A DNA stretch of 63,431 bases, filler included, from Alphaproteobacteria bacterium (GCA_024280495.1; 8 parts of 8 records of this genome joined end to end with filler, not necessarily neighbours in it); one strand, 5' to 3'. Shown: positions 22,630-31,503, numbered from the whole stretch's first letter. Notes: a model not told the origin generated them from the sequence alone. Numbers and translations: made by a program.

Positions 22630-22718
22630 ATTGTTTTTAATGTTTTAATTATTTAAAAAACAATATACTATGATAGTAGGAAAGTCCGTAAGAGAATAAA
22701 GTTCTCAAGGAGTAAAAT

Positions 22719-23132
22719 ATGAGTATATCCGCAATATCTAATCCTATGGCTCACACTCAGCTTGGTGACGCTGGGCGCAGTAAATCCTCTGGACATAAAG
22801 GCTCTACAGAATTTGCAACCCTTTCTGGCATAAAAGAAACTTCTGGCATAGAGGATGATACTTCTCATAAAAAAACTGCAAAAACTCAAGAAAACAAAAC
22901 AGATTCCCAGCACGATAAAGTAGCAGATGATCGTATCAAACGCGCCGAAGTGAAATTCAAACTTGATGGCACACGGGAACAAATCAAACATCTCGATAAT
23001 GGTACAAAAATGCACACTCCAATTGATGATATGAAAAATTCTTTTAAAATAGCCTTACCTAATAAAGATATACCTAAAGATAATATCGAAAACTCAAGCT
23101 TAACTGCCACCCTATTTAACGAAATAGCCTAA
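22719..23132 (+). CDS. hypothetical protein downstream of flagellin
   Basis: 137-aa hydrophilic ORF preceded by an AAGGAG Shine-Dalgarno. Confidence 0.6.
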   Translation: MSISAISNPMAHTQLGDAGRSKSSGHKGSTEFATLSGIKETSGIEDDTSHKKTAKTQENKTDSQHDKVADDRIKRAEVKFKLDGTREQIKHLDNGTKMHTPIDDMKNSFKIALPNKDIPKDNIENSSLTATLFNEIA

Positions 23133-23161
23133 ATAAAATTAATCACGTTTTTTTAAAAGGG

Positions 23162-23297
23162 CCCCTTCACATGTGAAGTGCGTCATTTGAGTTTTTGGTC
23201 TGGTCTTCGTAAAACACTTCAGTTGGCGTTTTAAAATTAAGGATGCGTCTTGGTCTTGTGTTGAGTAACATTTCGATCTTTTTCACATCCTCTTGAG
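23162..23297 (-). mobile_element. IS30-family transposase C-terminus and right end, cut by contig end
   Basis: Minus strand reads QEDVKKIEMLLNTRPRRILNFKTPTEVF...NDALHM*, matching the LNxRPRxxLxFxTP IS30 motif. Confidence 0.8.
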
Positions 23298-23397
23298 NNN
23301 NNNNNNNNNNNNNNNNNNNNNNNNNNNNNNNNNNNNNNNNNTTAATTAATTAANNNNNNNNNNNNNNNNNNNNNNNNNNNNNNNNNNNNNNNNNNNN
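23298..23397. other. artificial contig spacer
   Basis: N-run + TTAATTAATTAA + N-run. Confidence 0.99.
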
Positions 23398-23483
23398 ATA
23401 ACACGCCCAGAGAATAAAAAGGTATGGAGTGCGGCAGTAAGGCAGGTTTGAAAACCTATGTGCAAAAAAGAAGGGAGATAATC

Positions 23484-24623
23484 ATGAGTTCTATTGCGAA
23501 AACAGTGGATACGCTTGTGCAATCTTTTCAGACCTATCGGGATGAAAATGAGCAGAAGTTTGCAGATCTTGAGACAAACATCGAGACTGAAACAAAAAAA
23601 CAAGAGTTAATAAATAAGCCGCCCGTGGAACGGTCTATACGCGCAACAACAGAAGGGGAGTTTACAATGACGCTATCTCAAGAAAGAGACTATAAAAATG
23701 CATTTCAATCATATGTAAAATGCGGTGAAGAACAAGCTCTTCGAACTTTAGAACGTAAATCTTTATCAACTATGGTCAATGCTGATGGGGGGTACTCCGT
23801 ACCGCAAACCCTGGTTGCAAAACTGGAAGAAGATCTAAGTGATGTGAGTGTTATCCGTCGTTTGTCTAATGTTATGCAAGTGTCTTCAAGCTCTGTTGAT
23901 CTTTTGCTGAATGCTACTGGAGCTGCTGTCGGTTGGGCTGGAGAACAAGATGAACGGGGGGAAACAGATACGCCACACATGCAAAAGTTAGTGGTACCCG
24001 TCCACGAAATGTATGCAAAACCACGTGCAACTCAAAAACTTTTAGATGACGCAAGCATTAATATAGAACAATGGTTGTCTGAATCAGTTTCCCATCGTTT
24101 GGCCGAAGTTGAAAATCATGCCTTCCTTTATGGGGATGGCGATAAAAAACCAACGGGCATTTTAACATACCCAATGGCAGAAGACTCAGAATGGGGCACT
24201 TTTTCCAAGGTGTCTTTTGATGAAAATAATATTATCGATAATTTGGTTGATATGTTTGCAGGTATTGAAGGGCAATACCTTAGTAATGCCGTATGGATGA
24301 TGTCACGTTCAACTTTGGCTCATATTCGCAAGGTTAAAGATCAGGATGGTCGTCATATTTGGCAACCAAGTCTGGATGCAACGTCACCCTCAATGCTTTT
24401 GGGTTACCCCGTAGAGCTTTGTGATGATATGCCAACATTAGGTACCGAAGAAGCTGCATCTATTATCTTTGGTAACTTTGAACGTGCCTATCAAGTGGTC
24501 GACCGTCAAGGCATTAATGTGCTTCGTGATCCATACTCATCAAAGCCATACATTGAATTTTATACAACAAAGCGCGTTGGGGGAGATGTTATTAATTTTG
24601 ATGCTCTCATCATGCTCAAATAG
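23484..24623 (+). CDS. HK97-fold major capsid protein, GTA-type
   Basis: DGGYSVP, HEMYAKPRATQKLLDD, AFLYGDGDKKPTGIL, LRDPYSSKPYIEFYTTKRVGGDV resemble RcGTA-type capsids. Confidence 0.93.
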   Translation: MSSIAKTVDTLVQSFQTYRDENEQKFADLETNIETETKKQELINKPPVERSIRATTEGEFTMTLSQERDYKNAFQSYVKCGEEQALRTLERKSLSTMVNADGGYSVPQTLVAKLEEDLSDVSVIRRLSNVMQVSSSSVDLLLNATGAAVGWAGEQDERGETDTPHMQKLVVPVHEMYAKPRATQKLLDDASINIEQWLSESVSHRLAEVENHAFLYGDGDKKPTGILTYPMAEDSEWGTFSKVSFDENNIIDNLVDMFAGIEGQYLSNAVWMMSRSTLAHIRKVKDQDGRHIWQPSLDATSPSMLLGYPVELCDDMPTLGTEEAASIIFGNFERAYQVVDRQGINVLRDPYSSKPYIEFYTTKRVGGDVINFDALIMLK

Positions 24624-24713
24624 CTTATTAAAGAGGGGTTCTTCTAGAACCTTGATTAAGGTAGACTACAAAAGAGGGATGCATTTCCCTCTTAGACTAT
24701 AGGGAGAAGGAGC

Positions 24714-25328
24714 ATGGCTCTTAGAAAAATCGAGATGTTAGGTGATGAACCCTTGGAAATTTCCTACGTGAAATCTTATTTGCGTATCGAACATGACAAG
24801 GATGACGGCCTTATTGAAGGGTTTATGGCAGCGGCAAGGTCTTCTATTGAAGCCTATACCTCGAGGGCATTGATCCCTCAGAAATGGGAATTGACTTTAA
24901 ATGCGGGTTTTGCCGTTGCAAGAAGTGATCGTACTTATTTGAGTGGGGATAAATCCAGGGGGACTAAAGGTATAGAACTGCCTCGGTCGCCTTTTATGGA
25001 AATGGTGGGAGATCCTATTTTGGAAAGTGATTATGGGCAAAAAAATCTGACGGATTATCGCGTTGATACCTCTGGACGGACTGCGAAAATTCATTTTGGA
25101 CCCAGCGCGCAGGCTATGCTAAATGGAACAGGTAAAATTATTATTCAATTCATAGCAGGGTATAGCGCAAAAAATCTGCCAGATGGATTAAAGCAAGCAA
25201 TACTCATGATCATAGCACAATTATATGAGAATCGTGTTCCCTCAAATGATAATCCAGGCTTGGTTGGTGAATTTAGTGAGAATGTTTCGTTACTTTTACG
25301 ACCTTATCAGGTTAAACGTCTGGCTTAA
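24714..25328 (+). CDS. phage/GTA head-tail connector (gp6-like)
   Basis: EPL...KSYLRIEH..DD.LI...AAR..IE.YT.RALI.Q; F.AGY...LP..LKQAIL.....LYENR; LL.PY. Confidence 0.88.
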   Translation: MALRKIEMLGDEPLEISYVKSYLRIEHDKDDGLIEGFMAAARSSIEAYTSRALIPQKWELTLNAGFAVARSDRTYLSGDKSRGTKGIELPRSPFMEMVGDPILESDYGQKNLTDYRVDTSGRTAKIHFGPSAQAMLNGTGKIIIQFIAGYSAKNLPDGLKQAILMIIAQLYENRVPSNDNPGLVGEFSENVSLLLRPYQVKRLA

Positions 25329-25332
25329 TCAT

Positions 25333-25439
25333 TATAGTCATTCCAAAAAGGTCCCAAATGTCGTCAATCACTCCCGCGCCTATAAGTTATAGGCGTTGGT
25401 CCCTCGCTCCTAGACTTGGACCTTTTTGAAGCGACTATA
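25333..25439 (+). repeat. 107-bp palindromic MITE-like element
   Basis: Terminal IRs TATAGTCATTCCAAAAAGG / CCTTTTTGAAGCGACTATA; internal hairpin CGCCTATAA-G-TTATAGGCG. Confidence 0.88.
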
Positions 25440-25512
25440 GATTTTGGTCTGTCGTCATCTCAATGACTCCCATAAATATGGGCGAGGGTATGGAAAAAAG
25501 AAGGGGATAAGA

Positions 25513-25884
25513 ATGGGGCTAAAAAATAAAATAAATTTTTCAGAATTGAATGATCGTGTCGCCATGGCCAGTATTCACTATGTTGATGATGGATATGGGG
25601 GATTGAAACGTGACTTTTCTGAGGAAAAAAGCTTTTGGGCAGCCGTGACTTTTGTGTCTGCTCGGGACGTTATATCAAAATCTATTAAGGGAATAGATGC
25701 TCAAAAAGGGGCATTAAGAAAATCTATATACCAATTGGTTGTGCGCCAGGAAACAGAGGTAATATCAGAATCCCAACTTTCTTGGAAAGGACGGGTTTTA
25801 AAACCGTTAAATGCCATGGTGCCTTGTGATAAGAGGCAGGGCTACAGTCATTTTTATGCCGTTGAGATCAAAGGGGAGACCTGA
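25513..25884 (+). CDS. putative head-closure / head-tail adaptor protein
   Basis: ELNDRV...DDGYGG......WAAV pattern typical of SPP1 gp16-like proteins; follows the gp6-like gene. Confidence 0.65.
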   Translation: MGLKNKINFSELNDRVAMASIHYVDDGYGGLKRDFSEEKSFWAAVTFVSARDVISKSIKGIDAQKGALRKSIYQLVVRQETEVISESQLSWKGRVLKPLNAMVPCDKRQGYSHFYAVEIKGET

Positions 25885-25885
25885 A

Positions 25886-26248
25886 ATGAAAGGGACTTTA
25901 AAACATCAAGATATTTTTAAAATAATTCAAAAAGGCTTTGAAGCCGACGCTGTTTTACAGGGGGTGCCTCTTGTGACTTATGAGGATCCAAGTTTTAAAG
26001 GAGCTCTTGTTTTATTTGAAGCACAGAAAATTTCAAATGATCTGTTTTACCTAAAGCTTGACGTGAAAAGTTTATATATGGGGAAACTCGAAAAAATTTC
26101 TATACAACAAAGTATACAGTCACTGTTAGTAGAAAATTTTTTTGAGATGAAAAATTATGAATTGGGATTTAAAGAGATCTTGGATAAATCAAAAGAAATT
26201 CTTTGTTATAAGGTAAAGATTTTTCAAAAAGGGAATGAGTTATTATGA
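25886..26248 (+). CDS. hypothetical protein, possibly a diverged tail-completion protein
   Basis: Based on position and size (~120 aa) only; no clear motif. Confidence 0.4.
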   Translation: MKGTLKHQDIFKIIQKGFEADAVLQGVPLVTYEDPSFKGALVLFEAQKISNDLFYLKLDVKSLYMGKLEKISIQQSIQSLLVENFFEMKNYELGFKEILDKSKEILCYKVKIFQKGNELL

Positions 26249-26484
26249 ATTTATTAAAAGAAAGATCTTCGGCTCGCCGTGTCAATTTATTTCAAAATCA
26301 TAGTGAAGACTTTGGTCCAGACTTTGATAATGATAATTTACAAACAGTGCTAGGGGAGAAATTTGTGAGTGATTTCGAACAAGAAGAGTTATTAAGTGAA
26401 ATTTTAGGGCAGCAACTCAGACGTTTGCATGGAGGCGTTGAAAATCATCACAGGCTTAAACCACGGTGGCTTTATGACTTTTAA
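26245..26484 (+). CDS. hypothetical protein in the phage-like cluster
   Basis: 79-aa ORF overlapping the previous stop (ATGA coupling). Confidence 0.5.
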   Translation: MNLLKERSSARRVNLFQNHSEDFGPDFDNDNLQTVLGEKFVSDFEQEELLSEILGQQLRRLHGGVENHHRLKPRWLYDF

Positions 26485-26537
26485 GATGAGAATATTTAAA
26501 AAATGTTTTAAAGAAGTTTTTAATATTTGGGGGAACT

Positions 26538-27041
26538 ATGGAAACAGTTTTAGAAATTAAGGGAATAGGGTTTCCAGCATTTTCTTGCCGTGATGTAAAG
26601 CAAACCCTTGTACCCATCGCAACGGGTGAGATGTGTCGGACTGTCAATGGTGAATTGCGCCATATTGGCTCTCAAAATCATAAGAAATTTAAAACAACTT
26701 TGCGCTGTCATGATCAGGCTTTGCCAGGGATGCAGCAGTCTTGGGTGGGGGCCCCTTTGACCGTTCATTGTGTGTCAATACTATTTGAGCAATTCGAAAG
26801 TGATGAGTTAGTAAAACTCTCGAGAGCCCCCGTGCCAGGATCCGTTTCAGTGATGAATTACCTTGGGCATAAAGTCTCTTTCGAAATAGAAGGAGATTGC
26901 ATTCTTTCTCATGAAAGTCCTCAAGGAATTTTACGTATAAGCTATCGCCCTATCCTTGAAATGCGACTTATATCTTTCGAGATGCAAGAGCAAGAGTGGG
27001 GCGATGGTGCTTCTTGGCAAATGTTATTGGAAGAAATTTAA
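26538..27041 (+). CDS. hypothetical phage-type protein, possible distal tail component
   Basis: QTL.PI..GEM.RTVNGEL...K.KTT..C.DQ..P pattern recalls alphaproteobacterial prophage tail-region proteins (recalled, not searched). Confidence 0.5.
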   Translation: METVLEIKGIGFPAFSCRDVKQTLVPIATGEMCRTVNGELRHIGSQNHKKFKTTLRCHDQALPGMQQSWVGAPLTVHCVSILFEQFESDELVKLSRAPVPGSVSVMNYLGHKVSFEIEGDCILSHESPQGILRISYRPILEMRLISFEMQEQEWGDGASWQMLLEEI

Positions 27042-28054
27042 TTTTTCTTACGGACCTTTATTTCATACCAGGCAATAAGGGCAGTTGAAAGTATGATAAT
27101 ACCAGCACCAGAAAACGTCCAGATGGTGGGGATTTCTGCATAAAGAAAATACCCAAAGAATCCAGCAAAAATAAGTTCCGTATAACGATAAGGCGCAAGG
27201 GAAGAAACATCCGTCGCGGCGAAGGCTTTGAGCAAAAAGAAAAGAATGAGGTTGCCGCCAGCACCAAGGAGCACAAGATAAAATAATTCATCCATGGTGG
27301 GCATTACAAAAACTGGATAGGCAAAAAATGAGGCGAAAATAGCCGTTCCAAGGGCGATATAAAATAGCATGGAAAGATTAGATTCTTTGCTGACATATTT
27401 TTTATTAACTATATCACTGAGGGCAAAGGCTATGGCAGCTCCAAGAAGCATCCAGATTCCTGTTAAAACATGAGGGGCAGTATTGCTTTGGAGAGTAAGA
27501 CTTTGAAAAAGGGTGTCTGTATCTGTGACCGAGCCGTGCATAATGACAAAAATACCGATGACACCAAGAATTGTAGCTAGGGTGCGTTGCCACCCAACAC
27601 GTTCTTTTAGAAAAAGAGATGCCATAGGTAATACAAAGAGAGGCACTGTTAGGGCATAGATGCTCATAACAGTGAGAGGGACAAGTTTAACGGCGCCAGC
27701 CCACGATAAAATAGCAACAAAAAGAAGAAGGGAACGAATGATGTGCAGACCAGGGCGTTCGGTTTTAAAGGCTGTTTTGTACTTTACCAACATAATGGGC
27801 AAAAGGGTTATGAGCGCAAAAAAGTAACGAAAAAAGGTGACTTCTTGGGCAGGGAGTCTTGAGGCTTCACGCATGAGAATATCGTTCATGTTACTGGTGA
27901 GAGCAACGAGGGTGATCCAAAATACACCCTGAGCATAACCAGGTTTCAAAAACCACGAGGTGGACTTGTTACAGTTGGCAGGGAGCGGGATCTTTGACAT
28001 GGCGTTTAAAACTTTAATTTGAAAAATATTATTTAACGTATCGGATTTGATCAC
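27038..28054 (-). CDS. DMT/EamA transporter, Rickettsia SAM-uptake (Sam) type
   Basis: About 10 TM helices; EVTFFRYFF, KTERPGLHIIRSLLLF, DIVNKKYVSKES..SMLFY, LILFFLLKAF, APYRY.EL match rickettsial Sam as recalled. Confidence 0.75.
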   Translation of the reverse strand: MIKSDTLNNIFQIKVLNAMSKIPLPANCNKSTSWFLKPGYAQGVFWITLVALTSNMNDILMREASRLPAQEVTFFRYFFALITLLPIMLVKYKTAFKTERPGLHIIRSLLLFVAILSWAGAVKLVPLTVMSIYALTVPLFVLPMASLFLKERVGWQRTLATILGVIGIFVIMHGSVTDTDTLFQSLTLQSNTAPHVLTGIWMLLGAAIAFALSDIVNKKYVSKESNLSMLFYIALGTAIFASFFAYPVFVMPTMDELFYLVLLGAGGNLILFFLLKAFAATDVSSLAPYRYTELIFAGFFGYFLYAEIPTIWTFSGAGIIILSTALIAWYEIKVRKKN

Positions 28055-28082
28055 ATAAATCCAAGGAAAAGAGGAGGGGGTA

Positions 28083-29807
28083 ATGCAATTTCATTTTGCA
28101 TGGATTAAAGAAGGGGATGTTTTTTGTTCTAAAACCCATTGCCATGAGGGGGAAAAGGTTTTTTCTTTTCAAATATTCGAATCTGAAGGCGCCCTTCCAA
28201 AGGCAAAAATTCGTATTGAGGCTTCCCCTGACAAAAGTGTGGATGGTACGCATTTTATTCTTTTATTAGAGGAGAATTGTTTATTCAAAGGACAAGTTAC
28301 TCATGTTTCTTTTGAAAAACAGGGGCGTATTGCGGTGCTCCATTGCATTGGTTTCGATGCCATTATTGGCGACGGGTTGGAAGCATTACGTGCTGATCTA
28401 TCAAATGACCCAGGGGTAGAGCCTTTATTTATGACCCCTCAAAAAAGGGCGGAGCCGGAACTTTGGGAAATTCCAGATTTATTGCTCCATCGTCCTGAAA
28501 TAGTTTATATACCTCGTGATTTATCAAAAATATCTTTGGTTCCTTTAGTGCCAAAACAAGAATATTTCACTTTTGATGTATCAGATATTTATTATGTAGA
28601 TTCCTTAAGACATGTCAGTAAATCATCTAAATATCAATCCGTATCCATTGTTTTAAAGGCTGATTGGATTCAGCGTTACAGCGGTACTACTGATATTACT
28701 CAGGCTTTGAGAGAGCGGTTATCACTGAGAGGGATAGAAACTTTTACGGCCATAGAATTCCAAAATAAATGGTGGCGAACCAATCACAGATTTGGTGTTA
28801 GTGGGTACCGAGTTGAAGATACGTCTATAAATATTTTGGGAGTGGGTCGTGAAATACCTTTTGATGATTTATCAGAAAGGTCCCAAGAAAAACTTGCGCG
28901 GCGCCATAGCTCTGGAAAAATTAAAGAAGGCCTTACCTTAAAGTCAACGGTTCTGCAGCCAAATATGTCCCTTTCCTGGCGATATATACAACCTCGCCGT
29001 GAAGAAGTTCGTTTGACTTTTTCAGGAAATGAGATACTGGATTCGGAAGTGAAAAAAATCACATTAAAGTTGAGAAATCTAACGGATAAAAAAAATATTC
29101 TTCATTGGTCTCCTGATATTTATTATCAACAGGGGGAATGGGTGGATGTAGAAGACGTTCTTTATTTATGTAGTGTTTCCCATAGATCTACCTTTAATTT
29201 TTTCAATGATGACAGTTTTTGGCGGTTGAAAGGTCCCCGTCAATCTTATCCCCTCCTTGAAAATCAGGGAATGTTTTTTGAAACAAAACGAGGACAAGAA
29301 GTTATTCATGCTGCTGCGGATATTGCCCGTGTCTATCAAATGGCGTTGGAAAGATCCCATGAGATTTCTTTTCAGTGTGCTCTTGGAGAAGCACTTCATC
29401 TTTCAACGTCTTCTTTTATAAAAATTCCAGGTGAAGAAAATCTTCTAGGCAAGGTAACGAAGCTTTGTTTTGAAGCACTGGGTAACCAAGGGCGTTTTCG
29501 AGCTTATGTTACGGTTTCTTGTGTTGATATGACGATTATTCATAAGGACGTTTCTTGTAAAGACTCTTATGACCTCATTCTTTTGGAAGAAAAAGGAAAT
29601 AGAGGGCATAAAGAACCGCACCTTTTTTCAGGAAATGAACTTTTGAAAGAAGTAATAGTTCGACATGGGGCCGACGAACAACTTTCTCAATTGCAAGAAG
29701 AGGATACCGAAATATCAAGTGGTATTCAAGGAACTCAGGTGCGATTGCACTTAGAGGATCTTCGCACGAGAGAGGCGAGTCTAACGCGCTATGGCGTAAA
29801 AATATAG
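28083..29807 (+). CDS. large hypothetical protein, putative tail-tip/hub protein
   Basis: 574 aa with a strong SD; N-terminal F.FAW...E.VFSF.I...EG pattern recalled from prophage tail regions; internal CBM-like segment. Confidence 0.5.
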   Translation: MQFHFAWIKEGDVFCSKTHCHEGEKVFSFQIFESEGALPKAKIRIEASPDKSVDGTHFILLLEENCLFKGQVTHVSFEKQGRIAVLHCIGFDAIIGDGLEALRADLSNDPGVEPLFMTPQKRAEPELWEIPDLLLHRPEIVYIPRDLSKISLVPLVPKQEYFTFDVSDIYYVDSLRHVSKSSKYQSVSIVLKADWIQRYSGTTDITQALRERLSLRGIETFTAIEFQNKWWRTNHRFGVSGYRVEDTSINILGVGREIPFDDLSERSQEKLARRHSSGKIKEGLTLKSTVLQPNMSLSWRYIQPRREEVRLTFSGNEILDSEVKKITLKLRNLTDKKNILHWSPDIYYQQGEWVDVEDVLYLCSVSHRSTFNFFNDDSFWRLKGPRQSYPLLENQGMFFETKRGQEVIHAAADIARVYQMALERSHEISFQCALGEALHLSTSSFIKIPGEENLLGKVTKLCFEALGNQGRFRAYVTVSCVDMTIIHKDVSCKDSYDLILLEEKGNRGHKEPHLFSGNELLKEVIVRHGADEQLSQLQEEDTEISSGIQGTQVRLHLEDLRTREASLTRYGVKI

Positions 29808-29816
29808 GAGAGCACT

Positions 29817-30692
29817 ATGAGTATTGAACAATATATTAGGGAGTCTATTAAATGTTTTTTGGAGGACGGTCAGGTAGAAAATAATCTTCAAAATACTGAA
29901 GGAAACACACAAAATGGTTTTTTAGACATGGAGTCTTATAAGTCTTTCGAGCTAGGAATACCAAAAAATCCTAAACATCAATTTATGGTTCTTGATTTTG
30001 AAGTTCACCCTTTGTTTTTGAAAGATATTATGCCTGATTATTCTTTTTTGTATTCAGTGGTGGGATTAGGGCGGCATCCTACACTTTTTTCAGCCGTGCC
30101 AGGAAGTATACCAAGTTTCTGTGTTTCAAAAATACAATTGAGGTGTTTAGGGAAGGGGTATTATCAAGATGTCAATGCCCTTGAAACAGGATTTGGTGAA
30201 AGCCTTGAGATAACAGAGGATATTAATTTTACGATTCCCTTTTCTATTCCTCCAGGTGGAGGATTTGACTTACGTGTAGAAGCACAGCCCAATGGCAGTG
30301 CTGCATATTCCTGTGATATGTGGGAGGGGAGCCGTCTTCAAGAAAAACCACTTATACCATTTGGTGGCTATTTGGACCCAATCTTGGATTTTGCTAAAGT
30401 CGTTCCTATGCTGGGAACCCTTCGGGGGGGAGCTCAAACTAATGTTGGTATTAAGTCAGTGAATTTTTGGGTCAGCCGTGGATTATCTAACACGGCACCA
30501 GCACTGGAGGGAGATCATCGTTATTCTGTGGTTGGGGAGGGGGAAGATATATTTAAATCCTCTCTGGCTCAGCAAATACAACAAGGTGTTTTTAAAATTT
30601 CCCTTCAAGGGCACGATTATGAATCCAGGGAATATAGTGTTCTGGACCCTTTTAATCGACGTATTCAAATGAGCTTTATAGCAGTGGACTAA
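29817..30692 (+). CDS. hypothetical protein in the phage-like cluster
   Basis: 291 aa, AGGAG SD, 9 bp after the previous gene. Confidence 0.6.
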   Translation: MSIEQYIRESIKCFLEDGQVENNLQNTEGNTQNGFLDMESYKSFELGIPKNPKHQFMVLDFEVHPLFLKDIMPDYSFLYSVVGLGRHPTLFSAVPGSIPSFCVSKIQLRCLGKGYYQDVNALETGFGESLEITEDINFTIPFSIPPGGGFDLRVEAQPNGSAAYSCDMWEGSRLQEKPLIPFGGYLDPILDFAKVVPMLGTLRGGAQTNVGIKSVNFWVSRGLSNTAPALEGDHRYSVVGEGEDIFKSSLAQQIQQGVFKISLQGHDYESREYSVLDPFNRRIQMSFIAVD

Positions 30693-30721
30693 ATATAAAA
30701 ATATGCTTTTTAAAAAGGGAG

Positions 30722-31150
30722 ATGGTTATGAAGGAATTAGAAATAGATGTAGTGGCACGTACAATTTTTGGAGAAGCACGGGGAGAGTATTACAGACCAG
30801 ACGGGGGAATTTCAGCACTCATAAGCGTTGCAAATGTGATGCGTAATCGTTTGGAGGGCTCTAAACGATTCGGAAAAACTTATCAAGAAGTTTGTCGCAA
30901 ACCCTATCAATTTTCCTGTTGGAACCCACGAGATCCTAATGCTCATTTAGTTGCGCGTATACAAAAGGGAGAAGATAGGCTTTTTGATATTTGCTTGAAA
31001 GTTGCAGAAAATGTTATCCATGGGGCTTGGCCAGATATCACTTCTGGTGCCAACCATTATCATGCCTCTTGGATGAATACTTATCCTGCTTGGGCTATGG
31101 GAGTTGTTCCCTCCTATAGGTGCGGTCAACATATCTTTTATAAATTATAA
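30722..31150 (+). CDS. cell wall hydrolase (Hydrolase_2/SleB-like), probable endolysin
   Basis: VARTIFGEARGE, VANVMRNR, PYQFSCWN..DPN, GANHYHA, P.WA, HIFY. Confidence 0.9.
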   Translation: MVMKELEIDVVARTIFGEARGEYYRPDGGISALISVANVMRNRLEGSKRFGKTYQEVCRKPYQFSCWNPRDPNAHLVARIQKGEDRLFDICLKVAENVIHGAWPDITSGANHYHASWMNTYPAWAMGVVPSYRCGQHIFYKL

Positions 31151-31162
31151 AAGGAGAGCATT

Positions 31163-31401
31163 ATGAGTTTGACAATTATGGGGGTGGCAAGCGCCCTTGC
31201 AGATCTTGTGCCTGGTGTTGCAAGGTGGTTTACCAATGACCCAAAGGACATTGATCGTACCAAGACCATTGCACAAAAAGTTATTAATATTGCAAAAAAA
31301 ATTACGGGTAAAAATGATGCTGCCAAAGCACTGTCCGTTTTAGAGGCCAATCCAAAAGCATTGATGGAATTTCAAAAAGCTATTTTATCAATGGAACGAG
31401 A
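31163..31401 (+). CDS. putative holin-like protein, 3'-truncated
   Basis: Directly follows the hydrolase; LVPGVARWF...IAKKITG...NP.ALMEFQ resembles the N-terminus of phage/GTA 3TM-holin-associated proteins. Confidence 0.5.
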
Positions 31402-31501
31402 NNNNNNNNNNNNNNNNNNNNNNNNNNNNNNNNNNNNNNNNNNNNTTAATTAATTAANNNNNNNNNNNNNNNNNNNNNNNNNNNNNNNNNNNNNNNNNNN
31501 N
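31402..31501. other. artificial contig spacer
   Basis: N-run + TTAATTAATTAA + N-run. Confidence 0.99.
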
Positions 31502-31503
31502 CG

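Noticed and set aside
23346..23603. ORFs ending in X-runs at spacers
   Set aside because: Translation through N-linkers. This one is antisense to the capsid gene; the others are simply truncated genes.
21085..24623. Apparent linkage of flagellin to the capsid cluster
   Set aside because: They are on different contigs separated by a spacer.
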